The notes under the pieces were generated by a model, which was given only the letters and a program-made list of their open reading frames with translations, searched no databases and was not told the DNA's origin. A stretch of DNA of 35,605 nucleotides from a virus (Duplodnaviria > Caudoviricetes): positions 1 through 35,605 of the IMG/VR virus record IMGVR_UViG_3300032243_000269, one strand, 5' to 3'. This document shows, piece after piece, positions 25,973 through 35,605 of the stretch (position 1 is the stretch's first letter; each line of letters starts with the position of its first letter). The position numbers and the translations under genes are program-made.

Positions 25973-26515
25973 ATGACAACAATCATTGGATTAGAACACA
26001 AAGACCGTTGCTTCATAGTCGCAGATAGTCAGACTACTGATGAGGGTGGAAGAATTTATACTCACCCAGAAGTTCAAAAAATTTCATCTAGAGGAATGTT
26101 TTTAATAGCAGGTTCAGGTGAGACATTACCCTGTGATATTGCACAGCATATCTGGGAACCACCTACACCTAGCAAGCAAGAAAGAGATGATTTATATCAT
26201 TTCATGATTGTAAAGGCTATGCCTTCATTACGTAAATGCATGACGGATAATGGATACAATTTTGATGAAGATACAAAAGATACTCGCTTTCAGTTTATTG
26301 TAGCTGTAGGTGGAGAAATATTTGATATTGACCAAGAATTATCAGTAAGTAAATCTGCAGATGGAGTGTACGCTGCAGGTTCAGGAGCACCATATGTACT
26401 AGGTGCTATTCATGCAGGAGCTGATGCATACGAAGCTATGGAGATAGCAGCAAAACTTACAGCATTTACTGCTGGACCATTCATGTCAAGAGAACAACCT
26501 AGGAAGATTAAGTAG
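25973..26515 (+). CDS. proteasome beta-subunit/HslV-like Ntn threonine peptidase
   Basis: M-TTIIG, ADSQTT, KI, IAGSG, AAGSGAPY.LGA, TAGP. Confidence 0.85.
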   Translation: MTTIIGLEHKDRCFIVADSQTTDEGGRIYTHPEVQKISSRGMFLIAGSGETLPCDIAQHIWEPPTPSKQERDDLYHFMIVKAMPSLRKCMTDNGYNFDEDTKDTRFQFIVAVGGEIFDIDQELSVSKSADGVYAAGSGAPYVLGAIHAGADAYEAMEIAAKLTAFTAGPFMSREQPRKIK

Positions 26516-26523
26516 GAGTATAA

Positions 26524-26943
26524 ATGGCAAACGGACAAGGCGGATATCGTCAACCTAGCAATCCAGCACCAGTATCTGGTCCAGGGGCTTTATCAAAGCG
26601 TACTGATGGCGGAGCTGTAGAGGGAATGACACAACCTCCTAAATACATGGCTGGTTTAGGTTATGGTAAGGGCGGCAACATGGAACAACAAACAGGTGCT
26701 CCTATTCAAGGAAATGATATTCCTGCTACACCTATGCCTAACGTTTCTTTATCTCAACCTTCTATGCGTCCAGAAGAACCTATTACCGCTGGTATAGATA
26801 TGGGTCCTGGTCCAAGCTCTGCTGCATTACGTTTACCTAATACAGCTATTTCGCCATCTCATACTATTTCACAAATTGCTGCTAATGACCCAACTGGAGA
26901 ATCTGAACTTTTATACAGAGCATTACTTGACAGAGGTTTCTAG
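26524..26943 (+). CDS. Pro/Gly-rich virion protein
   Basis: AGGAG RBS; GGYRQP.NPAPVSGPGALS.RTDGG; located in the head module. Confidence 0.65.
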   Translation: MANGQGGYRQPSNPAPVSGPGALSKRTDGGAVEGMTQPPKYMAGLGYGKGGNMEQQTGAPIQGNDIPATPMPNVSLSQPSMRPEEPITAGIDMGPGPSSAALRLPNTAISPSHTISQIAANDPTGESELLYRALLDRGF

Positions 26944-29900
26944 TGTCAGATTATTTAGACCCTTCGGTAGCTAAGCTATCACCAGCTTTATATGCTGGTG
27001 CAATTGCAGCTAATTTAAATACTAATCAAGCCAGTCAAGTTAATCAAATAGCTGGAACAGTAAATTTAAATAAAAGACTCATGAGCATGAATACTAATGA
27101 TGCTAAAAATGAGTGGAAACAATTAGACCCACACGTACAAGAACAACTTAAATCTATGTACGGTGAAGCATCTTATGTTCCACAAACTCAAGATAATATT
27201 CTTGTAAAAGCAGGTAAAGGTGTTGTTAGTGCAGCTCTTAGTCCATTTCGTTTAGCAATTAATGCAGCTGGTATTTATAATAGATTTATCAATGAACCTT
27301 ATTTAGTAATGCGTCAAGTTACCCAAGGTGCAAATCCATTCAGTTGGAATGTTTGGAAAGGCGCTTGGGATGGTAAAAGCATTTATGATAACGGTTCATT
27401 ACAAGCATTGCATGGAGAGTATGGTAATACTGATACTTTTGTAGCAATGAAAACTTTAGAAGGTTTAAAACCTGGCGAAATTATTGACGCTTATGGAACT
27501 GTTAATTCAGAAATTATTGGTTCTATTACAAAAATGATTAATGACCCAGATAATTTTAAGGTAATGCTTAACAAGTTTAAAGGTGCTCAAGTATCTGTAG
27601 GTAGAGATATAGCCCGTGTATTATTTAATGCACAACCTAATGATAATAAACTTTATTCAAGCAGTGGTTGGAATAAAACATCTGGTTTTCTAGATGCTTT
27701 AACTCAAATTGTTATTGACCCATTAACTTGGGCTACAGGTGGTACATCTAAAGCTATTACTCGTGCTGACCGTTTAGCTGAATCTTTAGCTAAAGGTGAG
27801 AAATCAATATCAGAGGTATTTGCTCGTCAAGATATCCGTAATACATGGGATAACGTAGCTGGTCCATTAATTAAAGACTTAGCTGATGCACGTAATGCTG
27901 GTGGTGCAGCTGGTAAAGCTAAGGCAGTTGCAGCAAGAGATGAAATTCGTCGTGTTATGCCTGACCTTAATAACGATGACATGCTTAAGTTATTAACACA
28001 TAATAAAATATTTGATGCTAGTAAAGCTGAAGATTTCTTTAGTAAATCAGAACCAATGCTTGAATTACTGTCAGGTAAAGTAGATGGAACTACATTTTTC
28101 CGTACCGGTATTCCTATTGCTAAACGTACACGCAATAGAACCAGTGGAATTAATAAGCTTATTGGTGATTACTTTAATGGAAGTATTGAAGCAGCACAGT
28201 TAGAAAAAACTGGTGATGCTTTTATGGAAGATGTACGTAAAATTGGTGTAGCTGCTGACCCTATGTATGTTGGTCAAACTCCAATGCTTGAAAAACTTAC
28301 TGGAGAATTAGCTAGCACTAAGCGTAAACTTGGTCGCTATGCTGCTAGATTCCCAGGCTCAGGTGAGATTGGTATTTTAGATAAGAACGTAGATGCTAGT
28401 TTACCTACAGTTCGTGGTCTTGCTAGAACTATTTACCCAAAGGCACATGCTGAATACTTTGCAGAAGCTTTTAGAGCATCAGACCCAGCCGATAGAGCTA
28501 TCTTACTTCGTGGTTTATACACTCAAATCCTTCATGGTATGGGTTTGCCTGGTAAAGAAGGCGGTCAACAACTCATTGAGAAGATACTTCAAGATAAGTT
28601 TGGTGACTCAACATCATTTTTAAGTCAAGCAAAGATTGATTTACCACCACAATTCAATGAAGTGTTGCGTTCTAAGGGTGTAGTAGAGGCACAACCAGAA
28701 ACAAATGTAGGCGGATTACTACAAACTACAGCATCTGGACCTGTACATTTCTTTAACTCTAAGCCAACTATAGGTAATTTACCTTGGTCTGGTAAAGAAG
28801 GTGAGCTTTCATTAGCTGATTTTGCATTTAACTTTAATAAAGGTGCGCAAAAACATTCAGTAATCAATGCGGCTGGTGGTTTTACACGTAATCAATACGT
28901 TCGTAAGCTAACAAACTCTTGGTCTGTACTTACATTGTTCCCACGGCTAGGTATTCGTTCTGCTATGGACGAAGCTTTCTTTTATTCAATGATGGCACCT
29001 GGTGAAGATATTATTAGACTTGGTGCTGGACGTAAATTCCACAAAGCAATCACAGCTTTTACTGGTGATGAGAGCTCTATCCCACCTATTAAGCGTATGA
29101 TTCTTAATAAGATGGGTAAAAACCCAGCTAGATTTTTAACAGAAGAGGGACGTTTTACTTCTACTACTGTAAATGGTGAAGAACGCTTCCGTCTTGAGAC
29201 TACAGAAAACATAGCAGCTAACGCTGTTAAGATTCTTGAACATAGTATGTTCCGTAAAGCTAAGCCTCAACACATGGAACACATGTATCAAGCTATGGTT
29301 CATCACCCAGAAGTAGCTAACGCTATTGTTAACTCATCTATTGGTAAATCTGCTATTGGTGCGGGTATTGATGGTGGAGATTTAGCATCTATGTTGGTGT
29401 CTAATAGCCATTTAACCAACATGTTTAAAGAACTTGGTATGCTTCCTTCTGGTTCATATAAAGAAGAATTTATTTCTGAGTTAGAAAAGATTAATCCAGC
29501 TTTAGTAACAGCTGCTCACTACCAAAACTGGTTTTTAAGATTCACTAAAAACGCACGTAACCTAGGTAAGACCTTTGAAACATACATTAACCCAGGTGAA
29601 ACATTTATCCGTAACAATGGTTTGCGTACACCTAAAGATGTAAAAACAGCTGTGAATGAAACCTTATCTAAAGTAGGTATTAATCCACAAGATATGACTG
29701 TTACTGACCAAAAATTATTAAATAGCTATCTTGAGCTGTCACAACAGACAGTAAGAGATACTCAAAAAGGTTTATCTGGTGTAGATATAGCAGTTAAACG
29801 TATTGAACATATGTATGCTGATATGTACACAACATTTCATGGCAATGCCGTAGCTTTTAATGACCGTCTATATAACTACATTCGTGAGACTGCAGCTGCT

Positions 29901-32024
29901 ATTCAAGATAAGTCAATGGTAGAAGGTGTACCTACTATGGCTTACGGCAAAGCTGTAAGACAATCTTTAGATAGCGTTGACTATGCAGCATTTGAAAATT
30001 TAACTAAAGGTTTTGCTCCTGTAGGTACTATCAATACAGACCTTAACTTTGCTAAAGACTTAACTAATGAAGGCTTTATGCAAAAATTACAGGCTTGGGC
30101 TGAGAATTCAGGTAACTCCGCTATGGAGTGGATGGATGCACAGAATAATCACTTGTTCCGTCAGCCAGCATTATGGGCTACATACGTCAAGTTCCGTGAA
30201 AAGTATGCACGTTTAGAAGCACAGTATGCAAAAGAGCTAACAGAGAAACATTCTCATATGTCTCAAGAGTTTGCTCGTGAATTAGCCGAAAAGAAATTTA
30301 CTGAAGTAGCCATGAATCATGCTGGTAACTACGTTTTAAAGGCTGTAGATAACCCTCAGATTCGCAGCAATTTAGCATGGACACTACGTACATCTGGACG
30401 TTTCTATCGTGCTACAGAAGACTTTTATCGCCGTGTATTCCGTCTTAAGGACGTAACACCACAGGTTTTATACCGGATGCGTTTAGCGCACCTTGGATTA
30501 CAATCTAATGGATTCATTCACCCAGACCAAAACGGTGACCCATACTTAGTAATGCCAGCAGATAATATTATCTTCCACGCTATTAACGGTAGCATGAGTG
30601 TATTTGGTGCTAATGTACAACAACCTTTGTACAATGATTTTGCTGTAAAGCTAGCTTTAGGTAACCCATCTTTCCAGCAAGATGCTGGTCAGCCTACTCT
30701 TTCAGGTCCGTTTGCCGCTGTTCCTATATTAGCTTTACAGAAAATGTTAAGCGGTTGGGGTGGAGATGTAGGCAAAAAAATTGCCCTTGATTTGGATAAT
30801 GCAGTATTAGGTAATGTTAATCAAAACTTAAACTGGACTAAAGCAATCATACCTTCTTCAGTACAGCGTGTTTGGTCTATGCTACCTAAAGGTGAACAAG
30901 ACCAACAAGAAACATCTGCTGCTATGCAAGCAGTTGCATATAATGCAGCCAATGGATTGTTCTTAAGCCCTGATAAATTAAAGGCTATGCCTGTTGAAGA
31001 ACAAGCAGCAGCTATTAATGACTACCTAAAAGGTATTAAAATTACAGCACATAACGTAATCTTTATGCGTGCATTCCTGGGATTACTATCTCCTATTGCT
31101 CCTGCTATGCAAGAGAGTAAGGATATACCAGACTATCTAAAGAATGCTGGTGTAAATGGATTACGTCCTGAGTTCTCAGACATACTACAAGCTGTAATGC
31201 GTAACTCACGGGGTCGTATTCAAGACCCATATGAAGCAGCATTGATGGCATTTACTGGTAAACACCCAGGAAAACTTGTATATACAGTAGCCCGTGATGA
31301 GAAACAAACTAAGGTTTTAATCAACAAGACTAAGAGTATGCAAAACTGGATGCTTAGCAATTCAGGTAACATTAGTAAGTATGGTGAAGCATCATTAATT
31401 TTTGGTCCACACGTAGGTGAATATGACTCTAACGTATACCTATGGATGCAGGGTGCTGGCTTACTAACACAACGTAAACTATCTGATTACTATGATGAGG
31501 TATCAATAGCACAGGACAGGCAGAAATATTACGATATTCGTAGCCAAGCTGAATCTATGTTACAAGACCCTACTTTAAATATAGAACAAAGACAACGTGT
31601 TGTTGATGCAGTAAAGATTCTTCAAGATAAAGTAAAAGCTGAAAATCCTAGATTAAAGATTGCTTTAGAAAGTAAGGCATTTGGTATAGGTAAACAAGAA
31701 AATATGCTTATTAAGCTTAAGTCAATAGTAGCTGACCCTAAGTTTGAAATGACAGATGCAGTACGTAAGAAAATGAATGTAGCTATTACCATTGCAGATA
31801 ATGCATTAACTGCTATTCAAGACGATGGTCTTGCCGGTGATTTTGGTAATGGTCCAGCTTTAAAACAAGAAGTTAAACAACGTGCATTAGCAGCTATCCG
31901 TGAACTGGGTGGCTCAAATGCTAAGAACGCTCCACAAGACCCAATCATTGCTGAAGCAACAAGGGCAGTATTTCTACCTTTGCTTGACTTCTATGCTCGT
32001 AATACTATGAAAGCGATAGGTTAA
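26943..32024 (+). CDS. large internal virion / DNA-ejection protein
   Basis: 1693 aa, helical, in the structural module; function by size and synteny. Confidence 0.6.
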   Translation: MSDYLDPSVAKLSPALYAGAIAANLNTNQASQVNQIAGTVNLNKRLMSMNTNDAKNEWKQLDPHVQEQLKSMYGEASYVPQTQDNILVKAGKGVVSAALSPFRLAINAAGIYNRFINEPYLVMRQVTQGANPFSWNVWKGAWDGKSIYDNGSLQALHGEYGNTDTFVAMKTLEGLKPGEIIDAYGTVNSEIIGSITKMINDPDNFKVMLNKFKGAQVSVGRDIARVLFNAQPNDNKLYSSSGWNKTSGFLDALTQIVIDPLTWATGGTSKAITRADRLAESLAKGEKSISEVFARQDIRNTWDNVAGPLIKDLADARNAGGAAGKAKAVAARDEIRRVMPDLNNDDMLKLLTHNKIFDASKAEDFFSKSEPMLELLSGKVDGTTFFRTGIPIAKRTRNRTSGINKLIGDYFNGSIEAAQLEKTGDAFMEDVRKIGVAADPMYVGQTPMLEKLTGELASTKRKLGRYAARFPGSGEIGILDKNVDASLPTVRGLARTIYPKAHAEYFAEAFRASDPADRAILLRGLYTQILHGMGLPGKEGGQQLIEKILQDKFGDSTSFLSQAKIDLPPQFNEVLRSKGVVEAQPETNVGGLLQTTASGPVHFFNSKPTIGNLPWSGKEGELSLADFAFNFNKGAQKHSVINAAGGFTRNQYVRKLTNSWSVLTLFPRLGIRSAMDEAFFYSMMAPGEDIIRLGAGRKFHKAITAFTGDESSIPPIKRMILNKMGKNPARFLTEEGRFTSTTVNGEERFRLETTENIAANAVKILEHSMFRKAKPQHMEHMYQAMVHHPEVANAIVNSSIGKSAIGAGIDGGDLASMLVSNSHLTNMFKELGMLPSGSYKEEFISELEKINPALVTAAHYQNWFLRFTKNARNLGKTFETYINPGETFIRNNGLRTPKDVKTAVNETLSKVGINPQDMTVTDQKLLNSYLELSQQTVRDTQKGLSGVDIAVKRIEHMYADMYTTFHGNAVAFNDRLYNYIRETAAAIQDKSMVEGVPTMAYGKAVRQSLDSVDYAAFENLTKGFAPVGTINTDLNFAKDLTNEGFMQKLQAWAENSGNSAMEWMDAQNNHLFRQPALWATYVKFREKYARLEAQYAKELTEKHSHMSQEFARELAEKKFTEVAMNHAGNYVLKAVDNPQIRSNLAWTLRTSGRFYRATEDFYRRVFRLKDVTPQVLYRMRLAHLGLQSNGFIHPDQNGDPYLVMPADNIIFHAINGSMSVFGANVQQPLYNDFAVKLALGNPSFQQDAGQPTLSGPFAAVPILALQKMLSGWGGDVGKKIALDLDNAVLGNVNQNLNWTKAIIPSSVQRVWSMLPKGEQDQQETSAAMQAVAYNAANGLFLSPDKLKAMPVEEQAAAINDYLKGIKITAHNVIFMRAFLGLLSPIAPAMQESKDIPDYLKNAGVNGLRPEFSDILQAVMRNSRGRIQDPYEAALMAFTGKHPGKLVYTVARDEKQTKVLINKTKSMQNWMLSNSGNISKYGEASLIFGPHVGEYDSNVYLWMQGAGLLTQRKLSDYYDEVSIAQDRQKYYDIRSQAESMLQDPTLNIEQRQRVVDAVKILQDKVKAENPRLKIALESKAFGIGKQENMLIKLKSIVADPKFEMTDAVRKKMNVAITIADNALTAIQDDGLAGDFGNGPALKQEVKQRALAAIRELGGSNAKNAPQDPIIAEATRAVFLPLLDFYARNTMKAIG

Positions 32025-33484
32025 TGGCTGACACAAATTTTAATACTTCACTTTCATCATTCACTTTATCAAAGGATGTTGATACTACAGCTACGGTTAA
32101 AACCCCAGCTGATATAGCTAAAGAACAATATCAAACCAAATTAGCTGCTTATAACTTTGTTAATGCTGAAGATTTATTGAATCAAATTAAATCAGGTGCA
32201 TCAACATCAGACCCTACAGCTCAGGGCGGTAAGACTAGTGTATTAACCAATGGTTCAGTACCTGGTACTGCAACTACTACTGGTAACTTAAACTATACCA
32301 CTGGTAATTATATTACTGATTTTCAAGGCGCAGATGGTAACTTAGCTGACCTTGGGTATATTCAAAACCCTAAGACTAAAGAGATGGTTGTTGTTAGAAA
32401 TAGCGACAAGTCTCAAGTAGTTCTTATGGGTGACCCTACTGATGCTAGCAAGTATATCGTAACTGACTATACAACAGCTATCAATAGAATTCTTGACCCA
32501 TACCGTAAGTCTAATAAGTTAAGTCAACTAAAACAAACTCTTATTAATAGAGGATTCTTAACAGCAGCTCAAGCTGCTAAATCAGTAGGTGAAGATAAGA
32601 CTTTTATGAAGGGTCTTATTGCATCTATTGATGATATGACTAGGACTAACTTTACTACTGGTAAAGATTCAAAGATATTTAGAGACTATGTAGCTAACTT
32701 GACTGGCTTTAGTGCTACACCTATTACCACTACTTCTACTCTTGTTAATTTAACAGATAAGAAGATAGCAGCTGCTGATATAACAGCATATATTAATCAG
32801 ACATTAGGGCGTCCTGCTACACCAGATGAAGTATCTGATTATGTATCATCTCTTAATAAATTTGAAATAGCTAATCCAAGTAAGGCTACAGTAACTGCCG
32901 TAGGTGGAGCTGAGAAGAGGCGTGTTCAAACAGCTGGTGCCTCAGACCAAGATAAACAAGCTATTAAAGTAGCTGTATTATCAAAAGCTTTAACAGCACA
33001 AGGTATCGACCCAACATCTATATCTAAAACTGGTGGAGCAATTGCACAGAACATGGATATATTAAAACAAACTGCTGCCAAATATGGTATGGCAATGGAT
33101 GACCGCATGGCTCTTGACCATGTAATTGAAACTTTAAAACCAGGCGGAGATATCAAGCAACGTACTGAACTTATTAAACAAAACTCTAAGCTTATGTACA
33201 AGAATCTTGCTTCTTACATAGACCAAGGCGGAACCATTAAAGATGTAGCTGATAACTATAACTACTATAAGAAGAAGTACCTTGAGACAGCTGGAGAAAC
33301 AGATGTCTTTGATAAAGACATTCAAAATGCATTACACAATGACGGCAAGGCAGGGGTTATGAATCTTAATGAATTCATAGTTTCATTGAAGCAAAAACCT
33401 GAATGGGCTAAGACTATGAATGCCCATGAAGAGGCTGCTAATTATGCTAACACTGTTCTTAAGTCATTCGGATTGGTAGGCTAA
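32024..33484 (+). CDS. putative internal virion protein
   Basis: 486 aa, TAATG-coupled on both sides. Confidence 0.55.
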   Translation: MADTNFNTSLSSFTLSKDVDTTATVKTPADIAKEQYQTKLAAYNFVNAEDLLNQIKSGASTSDPTAQGGKTSVLTNGSVPGTATTTGNLNYTTGNYITDFQGADGNLADLGYIQNPKTKEMVVVRNSDKSQVVLMGDPTDASKYIVTDYTTAINRILDPYRKSNKLSQLKQTLINRGFLTAAQAAKSVGEDKTFMKGLIASIDDMTRTNFTTGKDSKIFRDYVANLTGFSATPITTTSTLVNLTDKKIAAADITAYINQTLGRPATPDEVSDYVSSLNKFEIANPSKATVTAVGGAEKRRVQTAGASDQDKQAIKVAVLSKALTAQGIDPTSISKTGGAIAQNMDILKQTAAKYGMAMDDRMALDHVIETLKPGGDIKQRTELIKQNSKLMYKNLASYIDQGGTIKDVADNYNYYKKKYLETAGETDVFDKDIQNALHNDGKAGVMNLNEFIVSLKQKPEWAKTMNAHEEAANYANTVLKSFGLVG

Positions 33485-34701
33485 TGGCATATGTAGTTAA
33501 ATCTGGTGATACATTATCAGCAATTGCAAAAACTAACGGAACAACTGTACAAGCAATAAAAGATGCAAATCCTCAAATTACAAATGTTAATTTAATTAAA
33601 CCTGGACAAGCATTTACTATCCCTAATTCCAAATCTACTTCTGTAAATACTGGCAATCCTGTTATTCCTGGCACTGGTTTATTAGATTTAACCAAACCAG
33701 AAAATGCTGCATCTGCAAGATTACAAGCAGAAGCTGATGCATACTTTGCTCCAACTGGTGCAGGTGCAAACATTGACCCAACTACTGGTGGACCTAGAAC
33801 TGTAATAGCAGCACCTCAAGCTGACCCATTAACTCAATTAAAAAATGATGCCAATGATGCAGCTCGTAAAGATGCCTTTGCATTACTTGCAGATACTTTT
33901 AAATCATATGGTTTGGATTCATTAGCCGAAACTATCAAGGGTTACATGACCCAGAACATAGGGCCTAATGAAGCAGCACTTCTGTTAAAGGGAACACAAG
34001 CATACAAAGACCGTTTTGCTGGTAACGTTACTCGTGTTGCTGCAGGTAAAAATGCTATTGATGAAGGTACTTACTTAGCCCTTGAAAATAAATATGCTGA
34101 AGTACTTAAAGCATATGGACAGAATGCATTAGGTAGCCGTGCTGAATACGCTAATCTAATTGGCAATGATATATCTAATATCGAATTAGGTGACCGCCTT
34201 AAACTAGCAGTTATTAGAGTACAACAAGCTGACCCTAGTGTGAAAACACAACTTAAACAATTTTATCCTAACATTACTGATGCTGATTTAGTTAGTTATT
34301 TCTTAAAGCCAGACCAAACATTACCTGGATTAGAACGTAAGGTTACATCAGCTGAGATTGGTGCAGTAGCTACATCACAAGGTTTAAATACAAGTGCTAC
34401 TAGTGCTGAAGACTTAGCAGCCTTTGGTGTTGACCGTCCTACAGCAATTAAAGGTTACTCAACCATTGGTGAAATACTTCCACAAACTACAAAGTTAAGT
34501 GATATTTATGGTGAAACAAAGATTAATTACACACAAAAAACAGCTGAAGAAGAAGTCTTTAAAGGTAATGCATCTGCTGAGCGTAAGCGTAAGCAATTAG
34601 CTGCTCTTGAGACTGCCCAATTTGGTGGCTCAGCTGGAGTTGGTTCTGCCGGACTAAGCACTACTTACTTAAAGAAGTCATCAAGCGGCGGACAGTTCTA
34701 A
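33484..34701 (+). CDS. LysM-domain virion protein
   Basis: N-terminal YVVKSGDTLSAIAK.NGTTVQAI..ANPQI.N.NLIKPGQ...IP. Confidence 0.85.
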   Translation: MAYVVKSGDTLSAIAKTNGTTVQAIKDANPQITNVNLIKPGQAFTIPNSKSTSVNTGNPVIPGTGLLDLTKPENAASARLQAEADAYFAPTGAGANIDPTTGGPRTVIAAPQADPLTQLKNDANDAARKDAFALLADTFKSYGLDSLAETIKGYMTQNIGPNEAALLLKGTQAYKDRFAGNVTRVAAGKNAIDEGTYLALENKYAEVLKAYGQNALGSRAEYANLIGNDISNIELGDRLKLAVIRVQQADPSVKTQLKQFYPNITDADLVSYFLKPDQTLPGLERKVTSAEIGAVATSQGLNTSATSAEDLAAFGVDRPTAIKGYSTIGEILPQTTKLSDIYGETKINYTQKTAEEEVFKGNASAERKRKQLAALETAQFGGSAGVGSAGLSTTYLKKSSSGGQF

Positions 34702-34709
34702 ATAGAATC

Positions 34710-34793
34710 CTATGTGAATCCATCGGCCTCACATAGCGTATTAGACCGATAGCAAGAGCCAGACCGATTCCCCGATTGGAACCTGAGGCTTGC
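34710..34793 (+). promoter_or_regulatory. structured leader of the scaffold-capsid operon (possible pseudoknot)
   Basis: CTATGTGA/TCACATAG stem, loop ATCGG complementary to downstream CCGAT, then a GCAAG/CTTGC-closed stem. Confidence 0.5.
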
Positions 34794-34822
34794 GACTACA
34801 ACGAATAGAAGGGTGGGTTGCT

Positions 34823-35299
34823 ATGAGCAACAACTACTGGGATGAAGACGAAGACGACCAAGATACCGAAACTGAAACACAATTAGATGGAAGTGACTTA
34901 CTTAAAAAGTTACGGAAAGCTAAGCGTAATGATGAGAAACGTATCAAAGAACTTACTGAGCAACTTGAGGGATTATCCAAGTCGCAGCGTGAGCGTATAG
35001 TCAAAGATGTCCTAGACAAGAAGGGTGTCAATCCAAAGGCACAACGTTTAATCCTTAAAGACTTAGAAGACGTTAACGAAGAGTCAGTTAATAACTGGCT
35101 TGATGATAACGGCGACTTGTTTGGATTAACAAAGGAGCCTGAGGTAAACCAAGAACAAGAACTTAATCGAGCAGCCTTACGGCAGCAAGATGTAGTTACT
35201 CAGTTAGGCACGACCCCTGACAAAGCCCAAGACTTATTGAATAGAGTTATGAATGCGGCTAACGCAGAAGAACTTACTCAATTAATTCAAGGCAACTAA
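34823..35299 (+). CDS. capsid scaffolding protein
   Basis: ATG 34823; acidic N-terminus then coiled coil; immediately before the capsid gene. Confidence 0.75.
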   Translation: MSNNYWDEDEDDQDTETETQLDGSDLLKKLRKAKRNDEKRIKELTEQLEGLSKSQRERIVKDVLDKKGVNPKAQRLILKDLEDVNEESVNNWLDDNGDLFGLTKEPEVNQEQELNRAALRQQDVVTQLGTTPDKAQDLLNRVMNAANAEELTQLIQGN

Positions 35300-35338
35300 C
35301 TATACATAGTAATTCTTAAATCACCTTGGAGGTGAAAA

Positions 35339-35605
35339 ATGGCTAATGCCTATTCAAGTACAGGCTCAAGCACTCTCGGCGGAACCGCTGGGGCTGCTGG
35401 TTTAGTACAGACAGCGTATGACAGACTGTTAGAATTCGCGTTGCGTTCAGAACCCCTTATTCGTAGTGTCGCTGACAAGCGCCCTGCAAAGCAGGCAATT
35501 CCTGGCTCAACCGTAGTTCTACAATTATACGCAGATTTAGCAGCGCAGGCAACTGCGTTAACCGAAGCAACAGAGCGTGACTCTGTAGCATTAGGTACCC
35601 CAACA
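35339..35605 (+). CDS. major capsid protein, 5' part (truncated by the window edge)
   Basis: GGAGGTG RBS; MANAYSSTG...LVQTAYDRLLEFALRSEPLIRSVADKRP...PGSTVVLQLY.DL......LTE resembles N4-gp56-type capsid N-termini. Confidence 0.8.
   Translation, partial: MANAYSSTGSSTLGGTAGAAGLVQTAYDRLLEFALRSEPLIRSVADKRPAKQAIPGSTVVLQLYADLAAQATALTEATERDSVALGTPT

Noticed and set aside
27827-33773. Short antisense ORFs inside the internal virion genes
   Set aside because: Shadow frames of long + strand genes

Overview
The window is most of the genome of a tailed dsDNA phage, roughly 40% GC by eye. The layout is podovirus-like, and the host is probably a low-GC freshwater Actinobacterium (WhiB gene, AGAAAGGA-type RBSs, actinophage-type split primase). 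It reads as circularly permuted: it ends inside the major capsid gene and starts just before the tail genes. Plus strand 1-9406 carries tail/adaptor, fibre, a duplicated glycine-rich adhesin cassette and lysis genes. Minus strand 9475-21373 is the early/replication arm: nuclease, WhiB, sigma-like factor, metallophosphoesterase, split primase, resolvase, helicase, split Cas4-like exonuclease, amidoligase plus class II amidotransferase, lytic transglycosylase, many tiny ORFs and an SSB-like gene. Plus strand 22271-35605 carries terminase, portal, a proteasome-beta-like peptidase, internal virion proteins, scaffold and capsid. No DNA polymerase, RNA polymerase, integrase, tRNA or CRISPR array was seen. 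The strongest unexplained signal is the ~900-bp non-coding divergent gap. It contains a ~227-nt rod-like inverted repeat whose mismatches are G-T pairs on the + strand only; this covers the start of the SSB-like gene and resembles Frpo/ssi single-stranded-DNA promoters. A second densely structured, possibly pseudoknotted domain follows it. All calls come from reading motifs by eye; no searches were run.
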